A DNA stretch of 64,000 bases from an uncultured delta proteobacterium (GTDB taxonomy: Bacteria > Myxococcota > Myxococcia > Myxococcales > Anaeromyxobacteraceae), in assembly GCA_963845515.1 (NCBI GenBank), contig CAWJSR010000006.1, positions 96,001 to 160,000 of the forward strand. The letters run 5' to 3'. Under the pieces are notes generated by a model. That model was not told the DNA's origin and ran no database searches. It saw only the letters and a list, made by a program, of their open reading frames with translations. Below, in pieces: positions 18,821-31,565 of the stretch. Within the stretch, counting starts at the first letter, position 1; the number at the start of each line of letters is the position of its first letter. Position numbers and translations under genes: made by a program.

Positions 18821-19803
18821 GGCGTCCCCACGGCGTGCGCGCGCAGGAGGCCGTGACGCAGGAGGAACGGCAGGACCTCGCCCTTCTCGATGATGGCCAT
18901 GTGATCGTGCTGCGAGCGCATGTAGAGGACGGGCGCCCTGCGCTCGGACTTGCGCAGGGCGCGCCCCTTCGCCGGCACCCGGGGCAGGAAGACCGCGCCG
19001 GGGCGGGAAGGGAGCCACGACTCGCTTCGCGCCGCAGTCTCGAGCCCAACCATCACGAGCCGCCGCTTCCCTCCCGGCGCGCCGTCGAGCCAGTCCGACC
19101 AGCTCTGCTCGGCCTGGTAGAAGCCGTCCAGGAGGACCACCTCCTGGATCCGCGGATCCGCGAGCCAGGGGACGATGCCGCGAAACCCACCGGAGTGGCC
19201 GGCCACCACGACGGGGCCGCCGGGGATCCTCACCTTCGCGAGCCGCTCCACGGTCGCGAGGAGCTCCTCTAGCGTGGGCCAGCAGGGCTCCTCACCGTTC
19301 CACGACGGGGCCTCTACCGCGAGGAAGAGCGCGTTGCGGCCGCTGCTGCGGAACTGCTCGGCGAGGCGGTGGTCGACCCACGCCTGGTCGACGTCGGTGT
19401 AGTAGCCGTGCAGGTAGACCACGGTGCCGGCGCCGCGGTGCCGGTAGCGGCGCGGGCGCCAGGCATGGATCGAGCCGCGCTCCGTGCCGAGGCGCAGGTG
19501 CTCACCGCGCCCTGTCCGGTCCTTCTGCACGGCCCCGACCGCTATTGGCGGGACGCGTGTCTGCGACCAGGGCGGCTGCGTCCGGTCCGGCTCCGGCAGC
19601 GTGCGGGCGGCCGCCGCTGGGCGCGGCGGAGGCTCGGGGACCGGGGACGGCTCCGGTGGGATGGCGACCCGTTGGGCGGCTGGGCGAGCGGCCCGCGTCG
19701 CCTTGCGCCCCGTCGCGGCGCAGCCGGCGAGGGCCGCCGCCGTGCATGCCGACAGCGCTGCGGCGAGGAAGGCGGCAGCGCGTCTCGCCTGCGCGCTCGT
19801 CAC
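18817..19803 (-). CDS. Putative lipoprotein with alpha/beta-hydrolase-like domain
   Basis: LAGC lipobox-like signal and Pro-rich linker. VYLHG, the nucleophile elbow GHSGG, LLDGFY and DH motifs follow. Confidence 0.6.
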   Translation of the reverse strand: MTSAQARRAAAFLAAALSACTAAALAGCAATGRKATRAARPAAQRVAIPPEPSPVPEPPPRPAAAARTLPEPDRTQPPWSQTRVPPIAVGAVQKDRTGRGEHLRLGTERGSIHAWRPRRYRHRGAGTVVYLHGYYTDVDQAWVDHRLAEQFRSSGRNALFLAVEAPSWNGEEPCWPTLEELLATVERLAKVRIPGGPVVVAGHSGGFRGIVPWLADPRIQEVVLLDGFYQAEQSWSDWLDGAPGGKRRLVMVGLETAARSESWLPSRPGAVFLPRVPAKGRALRKSERRAPVLYMRSQHDHMAIIEKGEVLPFLLRHGLLRAHAVGTP

Positions 19804-21041
19804 GGCTTCGCGGTGGCTCCCGGTGCCGGCACCGCCGCCTTGCGGGTGACGAGCAGGTGGAACTGCTTCGCCGAGTCGATGTACCCGAACCGGAAGCCGA
19901 GCCTGTTCCTGGGGAACTGGCCCCAGAGCTGCCGGAAGTCCTCGTTGATCCGCTCGCTCGCCGGGAGGAAGGAGCCTGCGAAGGTCCCCCAGGTCTCCTG
20001 CACGAAGCCGGCGGACTTCGCGAGCCGCGGCGGCACGCCGGTCGAGTCCGAGACCATGAAGACCATGTTCGCGAGGAGATAGCCGCGAATCGCCGAGAAC
20101 GCATCGTTCCAGAGGAGGTAGCTCGCGGCCTTGGTCATCGCCACGATCGGCCTCTTCGCCTCGAGGAAGGCCAGGACGCCGGGGTTCTTCTTGAGGCCGG
20201 CGTCGGAGAGGTCGAACGCGACGTGCCGGTGGACGCGGCGCTCGGCGTCCGCGCCGGCGCCCTTCTTGACGAAGACGATCTCCGAGTTGGAGAAGGCGCG
20301 CGAGAAGTCCGGTGCCGTCCAGACCGCGCGCAGGAGCCTCGCGTTCTCCTTCTCCACCGCGGCGATGTCGGCCTGCGTGACGTAGTGGAGCGTTCCGTCG
20401 GGGTTGATCCAGAAGTAGCGGAGCGCCACCGGCTCGAAGCCGTGGACTGCCAGCCCCAGCATGAAGAAGGCGAGCTGGCCGGGGAGCTCGCCGCGCTGGC
20501 CCTTCATGAGGTTCGCCGTCTTGGAGTCGTTCGCGTTGAGCAGCCCCGAGGAGGTGGTGCGGATCAGCTCCAGGCTCTCGGCGAGCCTCTTAGCGTCGGC
20601 CAGGTCGGGGAGCCGGCGCGGGTCGCCCGCGTGCTCCAGCGAGAGGGTCGTCACGTCGCGCGCCTGCGGGTAGACGCTGAGCGCGGTCAGCAGGTCGCCT
20701 CCGCCGAAGGGGTAGACGACCGTCGTCGGGAGGTCGGCCGGCTCGAGCTTGCCGATGAAGGCGCTCGCGCCCGCCGCGTGCTTGCGGGCCGTCTCGATCG
20801 CCTTCGCCTGGCGCGCGCAGTATCCCGCGACGGTCCTTGCGTCCAGTCCGGGAGGCAGGGCGTCGCCGGTGCAGGCGACGAGGCGGTAGAGGGCCTTCGC
20901 CTGCTCGGAGAAGTCCATCGGCGCGTCGGCGACCTGGGGCGCGGGCGGCTGCGCGGACTGTCCGCAGGCGAGCGAGGGGAGCATGGCGACGGAGGCGGCC
21001 AGCGAGGCGACGCGCAGGAAGGAACTCGGCATGGAAGCCAT
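19800..21041 (-). CDS. Conserved hypothetical exported protein/lipoprotein
   Basis: Signal ...LAASVAMLPSLAC and strong GC3 codon bias. Motifs YPFGGGD, KAASYLLW and SDSTGVP. Start at 21032 or 21041. Confidence 0.7.
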   Translation of the reverse strand: MASMPSSFLRVASLAASVAMLPSLACGQSAQPPAPQVADAPMDFSEQAKALYRLVACTGDALPPGLDARTVAGYCARQAKAIETARKHAAGASAFIGKLEPADLPTTVVYPFGGGDLLTALSVYPQARDVTTLSLEHAGDPRRLPDLADAKRLAESLELIRTTSSGLLNANDSKTANLMKGQRGELPGQLAFFMLGLAVHGFEPVALRYFWINPDGTLHYVTQADIAAVEKENARLLRAVWTAPDFSRAFSNSEIVFVKKGAGADAERRVHRHVAFDLSDAGLKKNPGVLAFLEAKRPIVAMTKAASYLLWNDAFSAIRGYLLANMVFMVSDSTGVPPRLAKSAGFVQETWGTFAGSFLPASERINEDFRQLWGQFPRNRLGFRFGYIDSAKQFHLLVTRKAAVPAPGATAKP

Positions 21042-22413
21042 GTACCATGCCGCGGTGCCGCCGCCAGCCACCAAGAAGCTAGGAGTCCGCTCCGGGATTG
21101 GACTCGTCGCCGCCAACATGATCGGGGCTGGGGTCTTCCTCTCCGCGGGCTTCATGGCCCAGGACATGGCCCCCGGACCGCTCCTCCTCGCGTGGGTGGT
21201 CGGGGCGGTCCTCGCGCTCGCCGGCGCGCGCGCCTACGCGGAGATCGCGCGGCTCGTTCCGCGGTCGGGCGGCGAGTACCGCTACCTCTCGGTGCTGCTC
21301 CACCCGGCGCTCGGCTACCTCTCCGGATGGGGTTCGCTCCTCGTCGGCTTCTCCGCCCCGGTCGCGGCCGACGCCCTCGCCGCCGGCGGCTTCGCGAAGA
21401 CCCTCGTCCCCTGGTTGGACCCGCAGTGGACCGCGGCCGGGCTCATCGTGGTCCTAACCGCGCTGCACGTGGCCGGGCTCAAGACGAGCGCGCGGACGCA
21501 GAACCTCCTCATCGTCGCGAAGGCGGTGCTCATCGCCGGCTTCGTCTACGTCGGCCTCCGCTACGGCGCGAGCGCCTGGCCGACGTGGAGGCCGCCGAAC
21601 GACGCGGCGGGCTTCCCCGCGCTGCCGTTCGTCCACTCGCTCTTCTACATAGCGTTCGCCTTCTCGGGCTGGAACGCGGCGGTCTACGCGGCCGAGGAGT
21701 TCCGCGACCCGGCGCGGACGGTGCCGCGCGCCATGATGATCGGGACCGCCCTCGTCGCGGTGCTCTACCTGGTCGTGAACTGGATCTTCGTGGCCAACCT
21801 GACGCCCGCGCAGGCCTCGGTGGTCTTCCAGTACAAGAGCGCCCGCGTCACGCTGGGCCACGCCGTGGTCGCGGCGCTGGGTGGGCCCGGGTGGGCGTCG
21901 GTGATGTCCGCGGTCACCGTCGTGGTCTTCGTGTCTGCGATGAGCGCCATGATCTTCGTCGGCCCCCGCGTGTTCCAGGCGATGGCCCGCGACGGCTTCC
22001 TCCCGCGAGCCCTGGCTGGAGCGCCCGGCCGCCCGCCGGTCGTCTCCATCCTGCTGCAGAGCGTGCTCTCCCTGCTCTTCGTGGTCGTGTTCGGCGAGGA
22101 GCGACTGGACGACCTGCTGTCGAAGGTGGGCGCGATCCTCACCCTGTTCTCGGGGCTCACCGTGCTCGGGCTGGTGCGCGCCTGGCTCCGGCCGCTGCCG
22201 GCGCTGGGGGCGCTGGAGCGTCCCTCGCGGGTCAGCGTCGCGTCGGCGCTCGTCTACGTCGCGCTCGCGGGCTACATGCTCTGGTACGCCTTCCGCGGCG
22301 CGGTCAGCGTGCTGCCGTGGCTGGCCGTGATCTCGGCCTGTGCCCTCGGGGCGTGGGCGCTGACGGGCCGGGGGCGGGGTGCTGCAAGCCGGACGGAGGA
22401 GTTGCCGCCATGA
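21040..22413 (+). CDS. APC family amino acid permease
   Basis: NMIGAGVF, YAE...PRSGGEY, FAFSGWNAA.Y.AEE..DP.RT.PRA and PRVFQAMARDG motifs; about 12 TM segments. Start uncertain (21031-21055). Confidence 0.9.
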   Translation: MYHAAVPPPATKKLGVRSGIGLVAANMIGAGVFLSAGFMAQDMAPGPLLLAWVVGAVLALAGARAYAEIARLVPRSGGEYRYLSVLLHPALGYLSGWGSLLVGFSAPVAADALAAGGFAKTLVPWLDPQWTAAGLIVVLTALHVAGLKTSARTQNLLIVAKAVLIAGFVYVGLRYGASAWPTWRPPNDAAGFPALPFVHSLFYIAFAFSGWNAAVYAAEEFRDPARTVPRAMMIGTALVAVLYLVVNWIFVANLTPAQASVVFQYKSARVTLGHAVVAALGGPGWASVMSAVTVVVFVSAMSAMIFVGPRVFQAMARDGFLPRALAGAPGRPPVVSILLQSVLSLLFVVVFGEERLDDLLSKVGAILTLFSGLTVLGLVRAWLRPLPALGALERPSRVSVASALVYVALAGYMLWYAFRGAVSVLPWLAVISACALGAWALTGRGRGAASRTEELPP

Positions 22414-22697
22414 CCGACGAACAGGTTGCGCAGGTCGCGAGGGCTTACCAGGAGAAGCTGTCGCGCGAGGGGTACGAGCCCCACGCGATCGACTTCGACC
22501 GGACGACCGCGAGCTTCCCGAGGAGCCGTCAGCTCGAGCACGTCGCCTGGATGTGCAAGGACATCCAGGACCTGCTCAAGGCCGGCGACCGCGAGCGCGC
22601 GATGCGCCACCTCGGCTTCGCGCAGGGGGTGCTCTGGGTCCATGGCATCTACGCCGTGTCGGAGCTACGGGAGCAGAACCGGGCCCTGTCGCCATAG
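22410..22697 (+). CDS. Small hypothetical protein (95 aa)
   Basis: ATG overlaps the permease stop (ATGA) with GGAGGAG upstream. Sequence MTDEQVAQ...HVAWMC...RHLGFAQGVLW...NRALSP. Confidence 0.7.
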   Translation: MTDEQVAQVARAYQEKLSREGYEPHAIDFDRTTASFPRSRQLEHVAWMCKDIQDLLKAGDRERAMRHLGFAQGVLWVHGIYAVSELREQNRALSP

Positions 22698-23068
22698 GGG
22701 TTTCGCTGCCCTCTCCCCCAGCGGGCTCATGTCGAGCGGTTTCGAGACGCGGCGAGGACTCCGTTCGGCGACCGGCGGTGGGGAGAGAGGTGGACGGTCT
22801 TCCGAAAGAAGGACCGGACGCCCGCTTCACTCATGGTCCTTATTGGGTGGCCCAGGGGCGAAACGCAGGAAGTGCTTGACGCTGAGTGATGCGAAATGCG
22901 CTTCGCCGTTCCGGAGCGCGCGCAAACGCTCCCGTGCGCGCCTCGTCGTGGCCGCTGCTGGCGTCGGGGACGCACTCGTGGAGGCAGAAGGCCCTGCCTC
23001 GGAAATCGCGTCAGACCGCGAATACGGGCGTTTCACGGAGGGTCGAAATCACGTGAGACGATGTTCGC

Positions 23069-24186
23069 ATGACCAGCGCACGCGAGCTTCTCCTCCCGCC
23101 TCCACGACCTCCTCAGCCGCGAGCAGTCGGCCCTCGCGGATTTCCTGCTCGCCCTCGCCGACTTCGACGCGAACCGGCGGTGGCAGGAGCCTCGGGTACA
23201 CGAGCCTGTTCCATTATCTGCACCGCGAGCTGGGCATGTCGAAGGGAGCCGCCCACTACCGCAAGACGGCCGCCGAGCTCATCCGGCGCGTCCCCGAGGT
23301 GGTCGAGCCCCTCCGGGAGGGGCTCCTCTGCATCACTAGCATCATAGAGCTGGCGAAGGTGCTCACGCCGGAGAACCGGGAGGAGGTCCTGCCGCGGTTC
23401 TTTCACCGGTCCCGGCAGGAGGCGAAGGCGGTGTCGGCGGAGCTGCGCCCGGCCGAGGTGGCGCCCCACCGGACCGTGATGACGGCGATGCCGATCCTTG
23501 CCTCGGCGGGAGCCCCGGTGGCGGCGGTTCAACCGGTTGAACTCGCGGTGACCCTTCCGGCCGCTCCCGCGGCGCCGATGCTTGCCCTCATGGACCCTCC
23601 CGCGTCTGCGCCGATGCCGCGAGTCCCTCCTCGGAGCACCGCCGAGCCGCTGACGGCGGACCTTCGGCGGCTCCACGTCACGGTCTCGAAGCGGTTCACC
23701 GAGAAGCTCGAGGCGGCCCGAGATGCGCTCTCGCACTCCCACCCGGGCGCCGACGTCGAGGCCATCCTCGAAGCAGGGCTCGACCTGCTCATCGAGCGGG
23801 CGGCGAAGAGGAAGGGGATAGTGGAGCGGCCGAGGAAGTACCCCGCTCCCGGCCGCTCCCCCGCTGGAGCGATGGAGAGGAGTCCCGTGGACGGCGAAGG
23901 GAGCCGGTCGCGGCACATCCCGGCTGCCGTGAGGCGGGAGGTCTGGACGCGCGACGGAGGGCGGTGCCAATTCAGGCTGGGGAGCGGCGAGATTTGCGGC
24001 TCGACTCACCGGCTCCAGTTCGATCACGTCCACCCGTTCGCCCTGGGTGGCGAGTCCAGCGCTCGGAATCTGACGTTGGCTTGTGCGGCCCATAACCTCC
24101 TCGCGGCGAGGCGGATCTTCGGCGACGCGCTCATGGACAGATTCGCGCCGCCGCGCGTTCCGGGGGCGACGCGCGACGCGCGGTGA
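23069..24186 (+). CDS. HNH endonuclease with DUF222-like N-terminal domain (5' frameshifts)
   Basis: Across frames, LSREQSALADFLLALADFD...LGYTSLFHYLHRELGMS. C-terminal SRHIPAAVRREVWTRDGGRC...CGS...DHVHP...GG....NL...C.AHN. Confidence 0.8.
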
Positions 24187-24433
24187 GGCTCCGAGCCGGA
24201 GCGCGGCCGGGTCAGGGACGCTGCCCCGAAGCCTGTGACGCGCCCCGCTCGGTGCCTCCCACGTCGTGAGCCGCTTCTGGTGCGCTGACGGTCCGAGCGG
24301 GCGGAGACGCGACGATGGAGTCGCGCGGCGGGGCGGGGGAAGGCCGGTGTAATCAATCATAAGCCCGCCAGGGAGGAGGCGCGCCGGGAGGCGCTGCGGC
24401 GGGTGAGGGGGCGGGTGGGGGGCGTGCCGCCCG

Positions 24434-25243
24434 CTACCAGTAGCGCTCGGCGTGGATCTGGCCGAGCTTGCCCTTCGCGTCGGCCACGAAGCCCTCGGCG
24501 ACCAGCATCGCCGTCACGTCGTCGATCATGGCCGGCGCGCCGCATAGGAAGACGTCGCTGTTCTCCGGCGTCGGCCGGAAGCCCCAGCGCTCGGCGAGCA
24601 GGCCCCGCCGCCAGACGTCCTGCACGTGGCCGGTCAACCCGCCCCACGGCACCGGCTCCTCCGCGGGCCTGCTCACTGTCGGGAGCCAGCTGAAGCGGGG
24701 GGAGAGCCGCTGCATCGTCGAGAGCTCTGCCGAGTAGGCGATGTCCCACGAGTGGCGCGCGCCCACTATGGCAGCGAAGCGCCGCTCGCCCGGCGCGGCG
24801 AGGTGGGTCCGGAGCATCGACATGTACGGGGCGAGCCCCGTGCCCGTCGCGATCATGACGAGGTGACGATCCGCGGCGACGTCCTTCAGCGTGAACATGC
24901 CGGTCGGCTTGTTGCTCAGCCAGAGCCGGTCGCCGGGCTGGAGCGCGAAGAGGCGGGGCGTGAACTCGCCGGAGCGGACGAGCGTCACGTAGAACTCGAG
25001 CTCGCCGTCCGACAGCGGCGACGAGGCGATGGAGTAGGCGCGGCGGATCAGCTTCGCGGGATCGGGCGGCTGCGGCTCGGGGTCCGAGAGCGGAACGCGC
25101 GGCGCGCCGGACGGGAGGCCGAGGACGACGAACTGGCCGGCCTTGAACTCCGGGAGCTTCCAGCCGTCCGGCGCGACCCGGATGATCACGAGGCCGCTGG
25201 CCGCTTCGATGCGATGCGTCACCACTGCGTTCAGGTCGGGCAT
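24434..25243 (-). CDS. fpr: Ferredoxin--NADP(+) reductase
   Basis: FKAGQF, RRAYSIAS, MIATGTGLAPY, FLCG and terminal ERYW. Confidence 0.9.
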   Translation of the reverse strand: MPDLNAVVTHRIEAASGLVIIRVAPDGWKLPEFKAGQFVVLGLPSGAPRVPLSDPEPQPPDPAKLIRRAYSIASSPLSDGELEFYVTLVRSGEFTPRLFALQPGDRLWLSNKPTGMFTLKDVAADRHLVMIATGTGLAPYMSMLRTHLAAPGERRFAAIVGARHSWDIAYSAELSTMQRLSPRFSWLPTVSRPAEEPVPWGGLTGHVQDVWRRGLLAERWGFRPTPENSDVFLCGAPAMIDDVTAMLVAEGFVADAKGKLGQIHAERYW

Positions 25244-25351
25244 GGCGCGGGCTCGTCAGTCGGGGACGGCGAGCCACCAGATCGTGTCATGCGACTCCAC
25301 GCCCGGGCAAGGTATCGGGCGGGGCGTGGAGCCGCAGCCGGCTCGGCCCGG

Positions 25352-26113
25352 TCACTGCGCGACCCAACCACCATCGACCGGCATCGGGATGCCGGTGACG
25401 AACGACGCCTCGTCGGTGCAGAGCCAGACGACCGCCGTCGCGATCTCCTCCGGCTTACCCAGCCGGCCCACCGGCTCGCCGGCGGCGAAGGCCGCCTCGC
25501 CCTCGGGCGTGCCGCCGGTGAAGCGGTCGACCATCGGCGTCTTGATGACGCCGGGGCAGACGGCGTTCACGCGGATGTTCTCCTTCGCGTACTCGAGGGC
25601 CGCAGTGCGCGTCAGCTGGATCACGCCCCCCTTGCTGGCGTTGTAGGCGGGCAGGCCGACGAAGCCGACGAGGCCGGCCACCGACGCGGTGTTGACGATG
25701 GCGCCACCGCCCTGCTTCAGCATCTGCGGGATCTCGTACTTCATGCAGAGCCAGACGCCCTTCAGGTTGATGGCGATCGTCCGGTCCCAGGTCTCCTCGG
25801 TGCAGTCGGCCGTCTTGGCCTGCTTGCCCTCGATGCCGGCGTTGTTGTGGGCGCAGTCGAGCCGCCCGAGCGCGGCCACGACGTCCTTGACCAGCTTCTC
25901 CACCTCGGCCGCCTTGGAGACGTCGCACCGGAAGAACCTGGCCGTGCCGCCCGCCTTCTGGATCAGCGCCACAGTCTCGTTGCCGGCGGCCTCCGTGACG
26001 TCAACCACCGCGACGGTCGCACCCTCCCGGGCGAAGGCGAGCGCGCTCTGCCTCCCGATCCCGGACGCGGCCCCCGTGACGAGCGCTACCTTCTTCTCCA
26101 GTCTTCCGGCCAT
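25352..26113 (-). CDS. Short-chain dehydrogenase/reductase
   Basis: TGAASGIG, NNAG, YNASK and NAVCPG motifs. Confidence 0.92.
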   Translation of the reverse strand: MAGRLEKKVALVTGAASGIGRQSALAFAREGATVAVVDVTEAAGNETVALIQKAGGTARFFRCDVSKAAEVEKLVKDVVAALGRLDCAHNNAGIEGKQAKTADCTEETWDRTIAINLKGVWLCMKYEIPQMLKQGGGAIVNTASVAGLVGFVGLPAYNASKGGVIQLTRTAALEYAKENIRVNAVCPGVIKTPMVDRFTGGTPEGEAAFAAGEPVGRLGKPEEIATAVVWLCTDEASFVTGIPMPVDGGWVAQ

Positions 26114-26257
26114 GGCTCGCTCCCTTCCCCCGAGGTCCCTCGGCGGGAAATGAACGTTCCGGGCACCCCGGGGCTACACTGAACGTTACAGCGCCTCCTG
26201 CCTCGGCGGCAGCCCCGGATGAGTGCGACCGCCCCAAGCGGAGCCACCAGACGTGAA

Positions 26258-26289
26258 GAGGCCCCGGTCGCTCGCGCGGCCGGGGCCTC
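26258..26289 (-). terminator. Hairpin terminator after mdh
   Basis: gaggccccggtcgc-tcgc-gcggccggggcctc, 14-bp stem. Confidence 0.6.
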
Positions 26290-26316
26290 CGTTGATCGAA
26301 TCGTCCGGCGCTCGAG

Positions 26317-27291
<975 letters not shown>

Positions 27292-27311
27292 CTAGTTCGA
27301 GTGCACTGCGG

Positions 27312-29533
<2,222 letters not shown>

Positions 29534-29840
29534 GTCGTCTCCTTGGGTTTCAAAATGTCCGCGATCGGGAACGTTCAGGTGTTCGAAGGCGATGCTTCTC
29601 TCCGTTGCCGGGACGCGGTCTCCGGCGGGGAGATGAAGCTCGGGCAACCGTGGGCTCGGGTTCTTCTGTGCAGGCCGTTCCCTGGAACTTGTGGAAGCTG
29701 CCTACAAACCAAATGTTGTCGGTGCTGTCCAGCGGATCACGCGGACGCCCGGGGGGTGCGCGTATTGGGCGCAGGAAAGGCTTCACCGGGAGGCAACGTT
29801 GCCGACCGGTGGAGTCCACTACCGCCCCTGACGTGGGCCG

Positions 29841-31464
29841 TCAGCCCCGCAGCCCCGGGGCCTCGCGCCCGGTCCGAGCCACGTATTCCCGGTAGCCGCC
29901 GCCGTAGGGATGGATCCCCTCCGGGGTCAGCTCCAGGACGCGGTTCGAGAGGGCACCCAGGAAGCGGCGGTCGTGGGAGACGAAGAGCATCGTCCCCTGG
30001 TAGGTGGCCAGCGCCTGGACCAGCATCTCGCGCGTGGTCGCATCGAGGTGGTTGGTCGGCTCGTCCAGCACCAGGAAGTTGGGCGGGTCGTAGAGGAGCT
30101 GGGCCAGCACCAGCCGGGCCTTCTCGCCGCCGGAGAGGACCCGGCAGCGCTTCTCGATCTCGTCGCCGGAGAAGCCGAAGCAGCCGGCCAGCGAGCGCAG
30201 CGAGCCGATCGAGGCGCGCGGGAAGGAGTCCGCCAGCGAGTCCCAGACCGTCTTGTCCGGCGAGAGGAGCTCCATCGCGTGCTGGGCGAAGTAGCCCATC
30301 TTCACGCTCGCCCCCACCACCACGGAGCCGGTGTCCGGCTGGCTCTCCCCGGCGATCATCTTGAGGAGCGTCGACTTGCCGGCCCCGTTCACGCCCAGGA
30401 CGCACCAGCGCTCGCCGCGCCGGACGAGGAAGTCGAGCCCGTCGTAGATCCTTCCGGGAGCCGTACGCCTTCTTCACGCCGGTGAGCTTCGCCACGTCCT
30501 CGCCGGAGCGGGGGGCGTCCCGGAACTCGAAGACGACCGTCTTGTGTCGCTTTGGCGGCTCCACCTTCTCGATCTTGTCGAGCTTCTTCACGCGCGACTG
30601 GACCTGCGCCGCGTGCGACGCGCGGGCCTTGAAGCGCTCGATGAAGGCATGCTCCTTCTTGAGCGTCGCCTGCTGACGGTCGTAGGCCGCCTGCTGGTGC
30701 TCGTCGGCGATCGCCCGCTCGCGCTCGTAGAAGTCGTAGTCGCCCGAGTAGCTGGTCAGCTCGCCGCCGTCGATCTCGATGATCTTGGAGACGATCCGGT
30801 TCATGAACTCGCGGTCGTGCGAGGTCATGAGGATCGCGCCCGCGTACCCCTGGAGGAAGTGCTCCAGCCAGATGAGCGACTCCAGGTCCAGGTGGTTGGT
30901 CGGCTCGTCCAGGAGCATCGCGTCCGGCCGCATGAGGAGGATGCGGGCCAGCGCCACGCGCATCTTCCAGCCGCCCGAGAGCGAGCCGACGTCGCCGTCC
31001 ATCATCTCGGTGGAGAAGCCGAGGCCGGCGAGGATCTCCCGCGCCCTGGCCTCGAGCGCGTAGCCCCCCAGCTCGTCGAAGCGGGCCTGGACGAGCCCGA
31101 ACCGCTCGACCAGGTCGTCCATCTCGTCGGCGCGCTCGGGATCGGCGAGCGCGTGCTCCAGCTCGTGCAGCTCCGCCGCCACCACCGAGACCGGCCCGGC
31201 GCCGTCCATCGTCTCGGACAGGGCGCTGCGCCCGCTCATCTCGCCGACGTCCTGGCTGAAGTGGCCGACCGTCACGCCGCGATCGACGGAGACCTGCCCC
31301 TCGTCCGGCTCCTCCTCGCGCATGACGAGCCGGAAGAGCGTGGACTTGCCGGCGCCGTTGGGGCCGACGAGGCCGACCTTCTCGCCGCGGTTCACGACGG
31401 CGGAGGCCTCCACGAAGAGGATCTGGTTCCCGTGCTGCTTTCCAATCGAGTCGAAGCGGATCAA
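29841..31464 (-). CDS. ABC-F family ribosome-associated ATPase (one frameshift at ~30450)
   Basis: Two ATPase domains (GPNGAGKST/LSGGW/LDEPTNHLD and NGAGKST/LSGGE/LDEPTNHLD); no TM segments. Confidence 0.9.
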
Positions 31465-31516
31465 GGCGGGCGCTAACTACCACGCGGCGCCACCGCGACT
31501 CCACCCCGTGAGGGCT

Positions 31517-31560
31517 CCCCTCTCCCCCACCGGGGGAAGGGCAGGGTGAGGGTGAGGGGG
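31517..31560. repeat. REP-like palindrome, copy 2
   Basis: cccctctccccc-accg-ggggaagggcagggtgagggtgagggg. Confidence 0.55.
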
Positions 31561-31565
31561 GTCCC

